From positions 48,777,152 through 48,841,151 of the forward strand of contig NC_057728.1 of NCBI RefSeq assembly GCF_004010195.1: DNA of 64,000 bases, given 5' to 3'. Of this stretch, positions 50,071-62,584 are shown piece by piece (positions within the stretch are counted from its first letter, which is position 1; each line of letters begins with the position of its first letter). The translations under genes were made by a program, and so were the position numbers. The notes beneath the pieces are model-generated. The model saw only the letters and a list, made by a program, of their open reading frames with translations, did no database searches and was not told where the DNA came from. This DNA comes from Chiloscyllium plagiosum. Its lineage: Eukaryota.

Positions 50071-51289
50071 TTAATTTTGAGACAAATGTCTTTGAAGGAT
50101 TGTTTAAATTCCATCCCCTCACATCTTTCTTTAGCCTCAAGGTTCTTGCAGTATCTACGCTTGACCTTATTTATACATAAGCCATTATTCCCCAATACCT
50201 AACCCTTCTTAGTCTCTTCCCACCAAGTCACACAGAACACAAGATCGATCCCCTTTTCCTCCCCAGCCTTTATTCGCTCTGACATTGGCTACTCTACCAG
50301 TACTATGCTATTCCAAGTAGAAAAGACAAATCATTACCTGTGTAAACATCAAATGCCCAGTCATTGTCAGAATGCACTTTTTTTTTAGCTTTCATGCTTA
50401 ATCTAAAAGAAGGAATTGGATATACTTATATACACTGTATGAATGTATGTACAATGTAAATTTGTAGAATATTATTATTGTTTCAGAACTCAATTGTAAA
50501 GTAGAGGTGAAAGAGTAACAAAACAGTGAATGCAAGAGAAATTTAGCAGGTTTGACAGCGTCCATCCAAAATGAAATGCTTGCAATCCCTTCAGTTGAGT
50601 AGAGATTGAACAGTTGAGATGGTTGTAATACTGTTGTTAAGAATCTGTAAAGAATATTATTGCAAAAAAAGTTGAATTTTTCTTTTCTGCTGTTTAAGAT
50701 ATAATCTTTCCAAATTTTCTTAAATGCAAATATAGTTTTTTTTTGCTTTTGTGTGATAAAGTTATGTTCTTTTTTAAAAGTACCCAGCAGCCTCATGTGA
50801 ATATGTTTATTAATTGACCACCATGGTGGTAACCAAATTTAAAAAATAAAATGTTTGATCTATCAAACCCATTTTCACTTTGAAATCTGATTTGTCCACT
50901 GTTAAGAACAGCTGGGTTCATTACACATATGATAATATTTTGATAGCGATGTATCAAAAATAATTGGCACATTTCTTGCTCCTCCACCCCAGCCCACAAA
51001 TTGATCCTTTGTGTCAATTGGAGCCTCTTGTTAGGCAGTGGTCATCTGTCTCCTTTGATATGCCTGGAGTTGATTCATCTACTGGTTACACTATATCCAT
51101 AGTTGTGTTGGCTCCTTGCTCCTAAGTGATTTCTCCACATATGGTTATTCAAGTTATGACTTTATTCTGATTTACCTTATTTTCTCATTCTTTCTGGTCT
51201 GGGAACAATATCCTGTACTGTTGGCAATTCACCTGATTTCTCAATTATCAAAAATTAGCTGGTGGTGGAAGTTATAATGGCTCTCTTAT

Positions 51290-53200
51290 TTTACTTGTTA
51301 ATGAGATATAATCATTGCTGCCAAAGCCATACTTAACTATCCTTAGAAGCTGGTGATGACCCACCTCCTTAAACCACTTCAGTCCGTGTGGTATAGGTAT
51401 ACCTATAGTGCTGTTATGAATATAACTCCAGGAATTTGACCCAGCAACAATGAAAGACTGGTAATATAGTTCAGAATGATCTGTGTCTTGAAGGGAAACT
51501 TGCAAAAGAACTGCTGTCCTTCTTCTAACAGAGGTAAAAGTAACTAGTTTAGAATTTGTTGTCAAAGAAGCCTTGGCAATTCCTATCTTGTAAATGGCAC
51601 ACAATGTAGTCACTCTGCATTGGTGTTGGAAGGATTGAATATTTAAAATGGGGAATGGGTGCAATCAATTAAGAGGTTATTGGTATTGCAATCTCTAAGG
51701 CACCTGGAGACAATTGTTTACACTCCTAACTTGTGCCGGGTAAATGGTGGACAGAATTTGGGGTAGTAGAAGATGGGTTACCAGCCACAGAATTTCAAGC
51801 TTCTAGCCTTCTCTCGTGTCCACAGTATTTATATGTGATTCAGTTAAATTTCTGGTCAATGCTTTGCTTTGTTCAAGAACAGGATATTCAAAGAAGGAGA
51901 TGTATCGATGGTAATGCTATTAAATATCAAGCGGAGATGGTTGGGTTCTCTTCTGTTGGAAATGGTCACTACCTGGAACTTTTATGATGAAAATGTTATT
52001 TATCACTTATCAGCCAAAGCCTGAATGTTGCCCAGTCTTGCTGCATGGACGTACAACTGGCGTCATTGTTTGAGGAACTGCCAATTGCACTGAACACCTT
52101 CAATCACTGGTGAGTATCTCCATTTCTGACCTTTTAATGAGGAGGTGGGTGGGTGGGGGGGGGGGGGGAGGTGCTAGAAAATAGGTGAAATTTTTAAAAA
52201 GTTATCCTAGGAGAAATAGAGCTCTTGTGAGGCTGTGGTAGTCTACCTTTCTCTGAGCCAAGAGACCTGGGTTCAAGCTTGCCTGCTCTAGAGGTGTGTC
52301 GTAAACATCTGAACAGATGAATGGAAAATCTGTCCTAGGGAAAAGGGGGTTCTTTTGGCACAGTGGCACTGTCTCTACCTCTGTTCAAGTGAGACCTATT
52401 CCAGATGCGTATAATCTCTGGACAAGTTGATTAGAAATAACTATCCTAGGGAAAGGAAGAGTCTTGTGATGTAATGGTAGTGTCCTACCTCTGATCCTGA
52501 AAGTCAACCCGCTCCAGCGGTGCTCAATAACATTTCTGAACAGGTTACAAAATATAAATATCCGAGGGGACTCCTGAGATATTGTCTTGCCAGTGATGAC
52601 CTCCAACAATCATGACCATCTGATCCATTTTCTCTGTTGAGAGTTACGACTTCAGCAATGGAGAATGTTCTTATTAAAAACTATAACTCTCAACCCACCT
52701 CTTGAATTTAGCTTATTTGTCTGTGTTTGGAGCAAGGCTGTAATGTAATCCAGGGTCAGATGGTACTAGCTAAACCCAAACTAAAGGTCTTTGGCAAGTT
52801 GGTGCTAGATAACTGCTCCTCATAGCACTGTCAATTGCACCTTGCATCACTCTCTAATAATTAAACAATTAAATAAGAATCATGGAATAATGAGTCTATA
52901 AATGGCTGGATTGGATTTGGATTACCTTCATGTGGATTGGACATAACTGGGCAATTTCTACATTGTGGGATAGATTCCAATTTGTGGCTGTATCCCAACA
53001 ACTTGGCTAGCTCCATAGCACAAATCTTCAGTACTAAAGCCAAAATGTTATCAACCTTTGTGGTCTTTATTCTATCCAGTTCCTTATGAAATTGTTTGGA
53101 CTGACATCTTTAATGTTTGGGATCTCAGGAGGAGACCATTTGTTTGCCATTTCTGCTGAAAGATATTGCAAATACTTCCACCTTTCCATTTGCATTTATG
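51290..53200 (-). mobile_element. Decayed L2/CR1-group LINE with nested SINE trimer
   Basis: Similar to 19010-20400 along its length; LVLKICAMELA motif. Confidence 0.65.
52215..52560 (+). mobile_element. Three tandem short tRNA-derived SINEs
   Basis: Three units of about 115-125 bp, each starting ctcttgtg..gtggtag-like and ending gaacaggttgattagaaa-like, separated by TCCTAGG. Confidence 0.65.
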
Positions 53201-53257
53201 CTGTGGAATGTAGTCTCTGTAGGCCTGAGAGTTTATATTGATTATATATTGATTATT

Positions 53258-53263
53258 TTTATT
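53258..53263 (-). terminator. Candidate polyadenylation signal of the protease gene
   Basis: AATAAA on the minus strand about 120 nt after the stop codon; another lies at 53066-53071. Confidence 0.4.
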
Positions 53264-53382
53264 TTGGTAAAACTGAGTACAAATTTTTCATTTGAAAAAC
53301 GCTATGAAATATTGCTTTGTACCATTCAACCATTAAAGACAATTTTACTGATAATAAATAGGTACAGTTCACTTCTGATATT

Positions 53383-53574
53383 TCAATCCACTGCACTCTC
53401 TCCACTGTTCACTGCATGTCGAGATTTAGCAAATCCCACTTGATTACGTTCACGGTCAAAAATGGTGTAGAATTTTGCAAGGAAAACATCTCCCAGAATC
53501 CAAAGAGGTCCTTTAGAAGAGTACATATTTATTGCCTGGAATCCATAAAGGCACATTTCCTGTTCATCGTGAAA
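53383..53574 (-). CDS. nots: Nothepsin-like aspartic protease exon 9 (terminal coding exon)
   Basis: FHDEQEMCLYGFQAINMYSSKGPLWILGDVFLAKFYTIFDRERNQVGFAKSRHAVNSGESAVD-stop, with the WILGDVF and FDR..N.VGFA motifs. Acceptor ttctcaag|T after a 120-bp intron. Confidence 0.87.
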   Translation of the reverse strand, partial: FHDEQEMCLYGFQAINMYSSKGPLWILGDVFLAKFYTIFDRERNQVGFAKSRHAVNSGESAVD

Positions 53575-53694
53575 CTTGAGAAGAACAAAAAAGACATATT
53601 TTAATGTCACAAGAAACTGCACACTTTTTATTTATAGTAACGTGTTATAGTAATATTCTCTAACCAAAATAAATAATCCAGTTGAAAGGGATAC

Positions 53695-53793
53695 CTTTTT
53701 AATATAGTCTTGTGCTTCCAATGTATATTCCACATCTTTAATAGTGAAAGTCATGCTTGGCAGCTGGGGAATTTTTCTGCATTCTACCTTAAG
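53695..53793 (-). CDS. nots: Nothepsin-like aspartic protease exon 8 (99 bp)
   Basis: LKVECRKIPQLPSMTFTIKDVEYTLEAQDYIKK. Acceptor gttag|C, donor AAG|gtatcc; phase 0-0, canonical 99 bp. Confidence 0.85.
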
Positions 53794-54162
53794 CTAACAA
53801 TTAAGAAACAAATATACATGTGTGAAAATATACATTTGAAACATTTTAAAATTACTTTACTTAGGAATGGGCTTCTCTTTTTATATATTGTTTTATTTAA
53901 GTACAAAATGGATATAAAATACAATCCTATCTAAAATTGTTGAAACATTGCGAAACAGATTAGGCTGCTAGCTTTGCTTGTAGTTACCCCAAGTTATTCA
54001 AAAGAACATAACTTTGGTAATATCCAAGTTGTTGGAGGAAGTATTAAAGGCAATCACCGGGACAGAGAAGGGCTATTGGGGAAGGTCATTTTAGCGACTG
54101 GATAGAAAGGTCATATTTCATCAACATAATTGGATTTTATGTTCAAGTTACAAAGTTGGTAG

Positions 54163-54881
54163 TATTATGAAGGTAGAGAAGTGTACTGTACCTTTTAAGA
54201 GAGTGAAGGACTTAGCAAGCACTCAGACTGCTGGGGAATTTATAATGTAACATTTGGTCCAGCAGCTCGCACTAGCTGAGTTGCTACAAGACAAAAATAA
54301 ATTTGAATTTGGCCAATCAGTTTAAATTATACCCCAAAATACCAACCTCCAATCAAGTTTGAATTTAGTATATTGACAATATTAAAAACCAATGAAACAA
54401 TCTGAAAATTTGGGGGATAAGACCAGGAAAACTTGAACAGTTGAGGGAAGAACTGTCAAGCCACCAACATCTGCAGACTTCCCGTAGAATGGCTCTCTTA
54501 AAGATACCTTTATCTATCAATGACCTGTGAAACAGAAATCACGAACAAGAAGAAAATAAATCAGAGGAAGATACAAAGAGAAGATTCGACAGCTGGCTGG
54601 TTTTGAAATTTGAATTTTCTGGTAAATATTAATTGGGGGTTTTATCAGACTAGTATTGTAGAGGGGAGGTAAAATATAGATGAGACAAAGGAGTTGTAGA
54701 TAATTGTTAATTAATTATTCTCTGTTAGATTTTTTAAAAGTTGTTAGTTTTTACTTTAAATATTGACTTTTCAAACAGTTCTTTGCCTCTCAATTTTAAA
54801 CAGATTACAAAATAGGTTAAATCATTTCTGTGTTGTGGGCTTAAATTAGCAAGGGGGGCGGGGTTTACCCATATCGTAACA
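54163..54881 (+). mobile_element. Solo LTR in protease intron 7
   Basis: Termini TATTATGA...TCGTAACA (decayed TG...CA inverted ends); 4-bp TSD GTAG at 54159-54162 and 54882-54885; internal CCAAT boxes. Confidence 0.8.
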
Positions 54882-56168
54882 GTAGATATTGGGAGTCAGA
54901 TCAACATTATGTATTCTGATTTTCAAAAGCCTTTTGACAAAGCTTCACATGATAGATTACTAAATGAGAATCAGTCCTGTGAAACTGATTGGCAGATTAT
55001 TTTGCTGGGTATGGAACTAGGTGCTCTCTTGTGGACAGAAGAGCTCCTACTGGACATGGAGAAAGTGAGGACTTCAGATGGCCTGGCCATTAGTAGAATC
55101 TGGGATAAGTTATTCTCAATAATCTGGGATGAACATGTCTAGAGAGAACTGGATGCAATGGTTATGTTTATAGGACTTTAGATGAAAATAATTTTGGCAA
55201 GCAAATTTAGATATAATAGCTACATTTTATATATCTATGTAGGAAGAACTCCAGGGATGTCTCTACAGATTAAGGTCTCTTTTGCTCAAATTTTCTGATA
55301 GGAGAAGGACCTCGGGTTATAATCCATAGGACATTGATGGTCCACAATCAGTGCTGCAAGCTTAGTACAAAAATACGCAAGAATTATTGCTAAAACATTC
55401 CTTGGGGAGGACAAGGGTGTTTAAGGGAAATGGTAATTTTACTTTAGAGAAGCATAAACTTCATGAAGACCTGATTAAGATCTTTAAAACAATGAAAAGA
55501 ATAAGTACAATCCAAAAGCTAGATAGATTAGGATAATAGAAATATGTATCTTAAGTACAAGTAAGTTAGATGTGAGAAAACTTTTCTTTACCATAGAAGT
55601 CTGAATTAAGTTATTGCCCTGAACAATAATGGACAATTTGTTGCTAACTAAGCAGGTTCTTATGAGAAGTAAACTTATCTACCTATAAGAATGAAGGTGG
55701 ATCATTGATACTCAGCCCCAGCATAGCCTTCCATAGTTAAATTGATTACCATCAGATGTATACAAGAAGTTTTTTTCAGAGATTTATTTAAACTCTCCCA
55801 TGATTTCTTTATCTCTCACTTTCTTCCAGGAGAGTGTGTGCCTTATATGTAGATGGATGGGAAGGGAGGGAGGGGAAGAAATTTCATCATGCCTTAATAA
55901 GGCAGGTTGAATGAACCAGCTGGTCTTTTAACATGCCTTTTTTGCATTTTTTTAACATCATAAATTATCTGTTCAAATGTGAGCAAACATTTGACATAGC
56001 AGGAACTTCAGTTGAATGAAATAGTTTGACTTTTCCCATTTTATGCAGATGTCTAATCAGAAACAATGCAGAGGACTGTGATCAAGAGTTGCATTATATT
56101 AAAGAAGCAAAAAACTTAAAAATCAATTGACAGATTATAACTGTAGAAATAAATTAACTCAGCTAAGT

Positions 56169-56772
56169 TATGCTTTCCTTTATTGGTCAGAGTATTGAGT
56201 ACAGGAGTTGGGAGGTCATGTTGCGGCTGTACGGGACATTGGTCAGGCCACTGATGGAATATTGCATGCAATTCTGGTCTCCTTCCTATTGGAAAGATGT
56301 TGTGAAATTTGAAAGGGTTCAGAAAAGATTTACAAGGATGTTGCCAGGGTTGGAGGATCTGAGCTACAGGGAGAGGCTGAACAGGCTGGGGCTGTTTTCC
56401 CTTGAGTGTCGGAGGCTGAGGGGTGACCTTATAGAGGTTTACAAAATTATGAGGGGCATGGATAGGATAAATAGGCAAAGTCTTTTCCCTGGGGTTGGGG
56501 AGTCCAGAACTAGAGGGCATAGGTTAGGGTGAGAGGGGAAAGATATAAAAGAGACCTACGGGGCAACTTTTTCACGCAGAGAGTGGTATGTGTATGAAAT
56601 AAGCTGCCAGAGGATATGGTGGAGACTGGTACAATTGCAACATTTAAGAGGCATTTGGATAGATATATGAATAGGAAGGGTTTGGAGGGATATGGGCCGA
56701 GTGCTGTCAGGTGGGACTAGATTGAGTTGGCATGGACGGGTTGGACCGAAGGGTCTTTTGACTCTATGACTC
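56169..56772 (+). mobile_element. CR1 LINE 3' fragment (young)
   Basis: Open ORF2 C-terminus MLSFIGQSIEYRSWEVMLRLY...SRTRGHR; tail gactctatgactct; flanked by ctaagt on both sides. Confidence 0.9.
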
Positions 56773-58075
56773 TAAGTGTTGTCCATTTGTATGGCTCTGT
56801 TTCACAAACTGCAGTCTACTCTTTCACAGATTCAGAAGAAAAGCCAATTTCACTTTGTTAATGAAAACAAAAGATCATTCATGGAAGGTGTCTGACCTGC
56901 TGTGATCTCCAGCACTTTCTGTTTTCAGTACAAATTCCAGTAGTAATTTGCTCCTGCTTCTTTTTGTTAATATTTGCTATTGCCATAAGTTGTCTGATAT
57001 ATCTTAAGTATTTTATACAGAAATGCAATATCAGTTGGTTTGATAACTACGGAATCTGGCTAAACTTTGAAAAATGATGAATAGTTAATTCTATTATAAA
57101 AAAAAGTCACTCAAATTGTGGAGGTGCCACAGTGATTCCATTGAGAATCCCATGAACCATAATCCAGAAACAAGAAATGATTTTGTAACTACTGTCACAA
57201 CCTAATTTTAAACCTCCCAAATGTTTTAATGGCAAAAGTTAACTGTGCAGATAAATATTCAAGTTGTATTTCAAAAATATGATAGCTATCTATTTTTAGA
57301 ATATCAGGACCCAGATTTTCTGATGCACAGGTAGTTAGTTCTGCAGTGTAGCTGAAAGCTATCCTTTTACACCCTCTAACCCCAATAGCACCCCCCACTA
57401 CCAGGGCCCAACAGACTTACTCAATCCCCGGATCTGACAACTTACCCCACCACCACGCCCAATACCCCCTCCTCCTTACCAGACCTTCACACCTCCTCTC
57501 TTCACAAAACATGATACTTCAGTCCATTCTGACGTACCCCAAACACATCACTTACCTGGTACACTTCCCAGCTTGTACCCAGGCACCTTATCCATCTGGC
57601 ACCCTACCTACCTGTTAGTTGCCATTCTGCCTACATGATGCCCTTACTCACCTGGCTCCCTAATCTTGCACTTACATTATATACTTACTCTTTCACAGGA
57701 GCTTTCAAAATGGCTGCCAGCGCTGCTGGACATTTAATCACAGAGCATAGCAATTAATGCCATGAAAAAGGTGGTGTGGCTTGAATGAGCTATTAGATTT
57801 AAAGTACATTCCCCATTTATGCAGGAGCTGTAACCAGAATCTCCTTCCTGAAATGTGGAGCTCTTTCTTAATGAAAGAAATTAGCATAAGAGTGGCAATC
57901 TGAATGTAATTGCCACTGCTTGGAAAATCCATTCTTTTATGTTTCAAATATCACTTAAGTTATGTGTTGATTTGCCTGAACAATTAGAATTCAGCATGAA
58001 ACACTACACATTTCTATTTCTTATAAAATGAAACAGATATGATCAATTCAACAAACATCAAGTTAAAATACATAC

Positions 58076-58217
58076 CTCTCCCCGGCCAAGCTGAAATTCT
58101 TTATAATTAGGAAACATATTTCTTATTGAGCTCGGAGGACCAGCTATCAAAGAAGTTCCAGTGTCAACTATTGCAGAACACCCATTCTGACAGGTGATAA
58201 TGTTGTTATATTTTATT
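58076..58217 (-). CDS. nots: Nothepsin-like aspartic protease exon 7 (142 bp), second catalytic Asp
   Basis: IKYNNIITCQNGCSAIVDTGTSLIAGPPSSIRNMFPNYKEFQLGRGE with an intact DTGTS motif and CxxxC disulfide. Acceptor tccag|A, donor GAG|gtatgt. Confidence 0.87.
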
Positions 58218-59786
58218 CTGGATAGAAAGCATTGCAAAATGTAAGTAATCCCTGAACCACAGGCACAATATATGTAGACCTATATTTGATCAACGTACTG
58301 GTAATTCAGATACAGACTTTGATCTCAGATAACAAATTGATACTTTGATGAATCATAGAGCTGAATTTTAACTCCCAGTAATGGGCAACTTGGCATCATG
58401 TCAGTTAAAATTCACAAAATCAGAAATAGAAACCCATGCCAAAATTATCACTTCTGGTTTTAATGAGGGGAGAACAAGGAGCATGAGACCAATTTTTCAA
58501 ATATTATAATGAGGCTTTCTGTCTACTTTTAAAATTGTGTCAGCCATGTTTCCCAAGCCTCAGGAAACCCAGTAGGCAAAATGAGGTAAATGCCTTTACA
58601 ACATTTCTTGTGGGCCCAGGTGGAATAGAATTGTTTTCATGAGGCCCAACAAGCCAGCCAGTAAACCCCTACCCGATGATCTATCTCTTCTTCTTCCATC
58701 CAAATCATCAGACCTCCCTTTTGATCACAATTGGACCATCACCCCCTCCCTGCAATGGGGATATGTCCCCACCACCTCAAACAGGGCAGTCATAACCACA
58801 TCCCACAGAAATTGTGATTCAGAACTCCAAAATGTAATGCATTCTTTAAATCCATTCTTCTGTCTTTCCCAAACTCAAAACAATTCCCGTGTATAGAAAA
58901 TGCATCCTGCCAAAATCTAGGCCAATCTGATCAAACAACTCAAAGCTGTGCGCAGAGCCTGGAGTTAAGGGTTTACTTATGGGGAGAAAATTGCCCAGAT
59001 CAAAATTATTGCATTTGTTGGGGCAAAGTATAAAGAGATGAAAGAATAAATGAAACATTTGACTTCAATGATTTAGCTATATCACCAGACATGTCTATAT
59101 TTGTATCATTCATTCTTCATTTAGGGATGGATAGAATTGAAGGAGTTTGCACCTGTATTCATTCTCAGGAAAATTTTCCTGATGTAAATGCAACTTACTG
59201 TTGCAGTAGGCATACCCAAGCTGCTGTGTAAAAAAAATCTTAACTCATATTTTACCTCACACTCCCTCACTTCAAATTTTCTGAAGTACAGGTTATCAAA
59301 AATAAATCTCCATCTCTGGTAATCATGATTTTTAAAAATTAATTCACAGGCTGCCTGCATCACTGCATGGCAAGGCTATTGTTCAATGCCAATTTCTAAT
59401 TGCCCTTGGGAAAGTGGTGCTATGGACCTGTTTGAACATTTAAGCAGTTAAGAATTACTCATCTTGTTGTGGCTATGGACTCACACATAAGTCACACCAG
59501 GGGGATTTCCCTCCTTAAAAACATTAGTGAACTAGATGAGCTTTCATGACAGTCTAGCAGTTTCAATGATTGCCATTTCTGATGCTATTCCCCAGCTGCT
59601 GTTTGATTTCATGTCTCTGTCTCATTAGTCCAGACCTCTTATAACATAAGCATTATAATACAATACCCTTATGCTGAATAATATCAGAACAGCCACTCTA
59701 TTTGCCATTGAAAAGGATGTACTAGAAGCGGGAATGATTGATCTAACTAGGATTCACTGTTGGCTCCTGATTACAATTATATAAAT

Positions 59787-60425
59787 TGTTATGGACCAGG
59801 CTAGGCCCCTCAAACATTTCAAGAAAGTAGCCCAGACTGTAATTTTGTGGTTGCTTTAAGTAGGTATGAGGTGGATATTCCAGGAGTGATGCAGCTGGCC
59901 CAACCACTTAGTTTTAAACAAAACATAATTTATTTTCAAGACTACTGAATGAAACACTAACAAAAGAGAACAAAATATAGAATCAATCAATCTATCCGAA
60001 AACCCAACAGACTATCCCGACTTAATGATCCTGTTCCAAATATTTACAACAATCCCCATAAACACCCCTTGGCAAAAAAAGGTATAATCAAACACAGGGT
60101 CTGACAGAAGAGATGTCAGAGAGAGAGAGAGAGAGAGATGGCAGAGAAATTCAGCATGAACACATTCTTCCATGTAGCTGTTTCATTTTACCAGCAGCCT
60201 CAAAACTGACTGACTGCTTGCTCTGATCAGCCAGACTGCTAAACCCAAAACAAAACAAACCAAACCAGAGAAAAATTCAGCTGGGAGAACTGGCCACTCC
60301 CCTTTCATTGTATAAGTGTTCTTTTTAACTTAGAACTTCTTCAGGTAAATCAAGCCAGACATTTCAACACTTTTGAAAAAAAACTAAGGACAACACAGCC
60401 TTGTTAAAGGAGCAGCATCGTCACA
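59787..60425 (-). mobile_element. Solo LTR in protease intron 6
   Basis: TGTTATGG...TCGTCACA termini with 4-bp TSD AAAT at 59783-59786 and 60426-60429. Orientation is tentative. Confidence 0.75.
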
Positions 60426-60519
60426 AAATAAGCTTAAATTTGCATAACTTAACTGATTATAAAGGTTAACCAGCCTTCCTTAACAATAATATTTCTGATT
60501 GGTTTCATATGATGGTGGT

Positions 60520-60693
60520 GGGCGGCATGGTGGCACAGTGGTTAGCACTGCTGCCTCACAGCGCCAGAGACCGTAGTGTTAGGTAAGGGGTAAATGTAGG
60601 GGTATGGGTGGGTTGCGCTTTGGCGGGGCGGTGTGGACTTGTTGGGCCGAAGGGCCTGTTTCCACACTGTAAGTAATCTAATCTAATCTAATC
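60520..60693 (+). mobile_element. HE1-type SINE with an internal deletion
   Basis: tRNA head joined directly to the tail; (aatct)n end. Confidence 0.8.
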
Positions 60694-61035
60694 AAACCCC
60701 AGAGATAGTCACTGTAGCCACAGAGAATTGATATCTCAATAGGGAGCAAGAGAGACAGAGATATTATTGATACTAAATTTAATCTGAGGGTCACCGTACC
60801 TCTGGAAAGGGGCATGGTTGAGAAGGTGGGATCTTCATGATGACTTCAGACAGGTTTGAGAATTAAACCTATACTGTTCATAGCACTTTACCTTACAAAT
60901 CAACCAACTGAGCCAACTGCCCCCTCCACATGTTTCATACATCAATATGTATCAAGTCAATAATTGCACACTGCTCATGTAGTAGTACATTTCAGGGAGT
61001 TTACAGATGCTTTATAGTAATATTTTCACACTCAC

Positions 61036-61158
61036 TTTTGCACTTCAATTTCCCAGTAAGCCTGTTGTGAGACAGGGACCCAATTAATTCGGCCTGTGTA
61101 ATGTGATTGGTCAATGCCTCCGAGGATCAATTCACCACCATTTTCACTGTCTATTTCT
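61036..61158 (-). CDS. nots: Nothepsin-like aspartic protease exon 6 (123 bp)
   Basis: EIDSENGGELILGGIDQSHYTGRINWVPVSQQAYWEIEVQ(K). Acceptor cctag|A, donor AA|gtgagt; phase 2-2 is consistent with its neighbours. Confidence 0.85.
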
Positions 61159-61901
61159 CTAGGAATACAAAAACATGCTTAGTGTAGAAATGAAAAAGGC
61201 TTCATGTTAAAAACAAAAACTGCAGAATTTTTATATTAACAAAAATGCACATTTAAATTGCATATTTGTTTCAGAAACTTGTACTTGTATTATTTTGTGG
61301 CCCTTTTTATAAATCTGCCTCAACACACAATTATTCAGTTTAAATTAAAATTAAGAGTGTAGTTGGCATTTATATGCTCCATTTGTGATATTACCATGAC
61401 TGGCTGGAAAGATAGGATTGATTTGTGGAAACTTGCTTCTGTAGAAATCTAAGGTTTCTGTTTGAAGAAGAGGTGGCCTTGGACTGGGGGAATAGTGTGG
61501 TTGCCAAAAAACAGCATTATATCCCTACAAGTTTCTCAAGAGAAAAATGTCATTATTTAATCTGACAGAGTTTGTTCCCTTGTAGATGTGCCTAAGATCA
61601 TGGGGTCTGTAAGAACAGATCAAGGTCATTCTTATCAAATTATATTGATTCCTCTTTTGGATGTTTTTCTGCATGTTCAACATCGCAATGCAGAAGTGCA
61701 TTTCGTATTGCCTGCTGTTAAATGTCTTCATTATCAGACAATGTTTGTGATTGCTGTGGGCACATGCAAATACATATTCCATTTGTCATTTACAGAAAGC
61801 ATTAAGAATAGCCATACACATTTTTGCTTATTTTCTTTAAGGTGTAGATAATTGCCTTATAAACACCATTTGATTTAATATAATAGAGATGTAAAACAAA
61901 C

Positions 61902-62101
61902 CTGTTTATTAGGATGGAAAACATGGGTTTATCCAACAGTCTCTGGTTTATCATTCTGTCAAACACGGGAATGGCATCACCTTCAGCTAAAGATGGATAT
62001 CCTAAACCTAAAATACCATCAAAATGTGCAACAGTAAATGTCGAACCTGGCTCATAGATAGATTCCCCAAATTCTTGTCCATTTATGGTAATGTTTCCAA
62101 T
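61902..62101 (-). CDS. nots: Nothepsin / cathepsin E-A-like aspartic protease, exon 5 of the canonical 9 (200 bp); upstream exons not found in the window
   Basis: IGNITINGQEFGESIYEPGSTFTVAHFDGILGLGYPSLAEGDAIPVFDRMINQRLLDKPMFSILIN(R), with the FDGILGLGYP motif. Acceptor catag|A, donor AG|gtttgt. 200 bp is the canonical size of this exon in pepsin-family genes. Family call is firm; the paralogue name is by resemblance. Confidence 0.85.
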
Positions 62102-62584
62102 CTATGAAGAATGAAGAAGAATTATGGGTGGGTATTTAGAAGTCTGAAATCCACATAATGCAATGAACTGAACCCTGAAAACTGACAGGCATATTCACCT
62201 TCCAGCCATTTACACAAAATATTTATCTTATTTCACGTGTTTTTGGGTCTAAAATAAATAGTCTGCATATCACAGTATCTATGTAATAGTTCAAAGTAAC
62301 TACTATACTAAAAACAAGATTAAAATATAATGCTTTAATGAAGTTAATGCAAATGCTGTCTTGGTATTTATTCCATTAGCCTTCATACAGTTTTGAACTG
62401 ATAAACAGAATACTATCCAGACTCTACCAAAATACATGATAGCCACATTTTTAAGTAGAAAGAGATACTATGCAATGTTGCAATCATCATGGGGAATAGA
62501 CTCAAAGTATATGAGTCTTAGAGGCAATTAATTGAACAGGAAAATAACGTAGATTAACTATAATGAAAAAGTAAATACAGTCGG

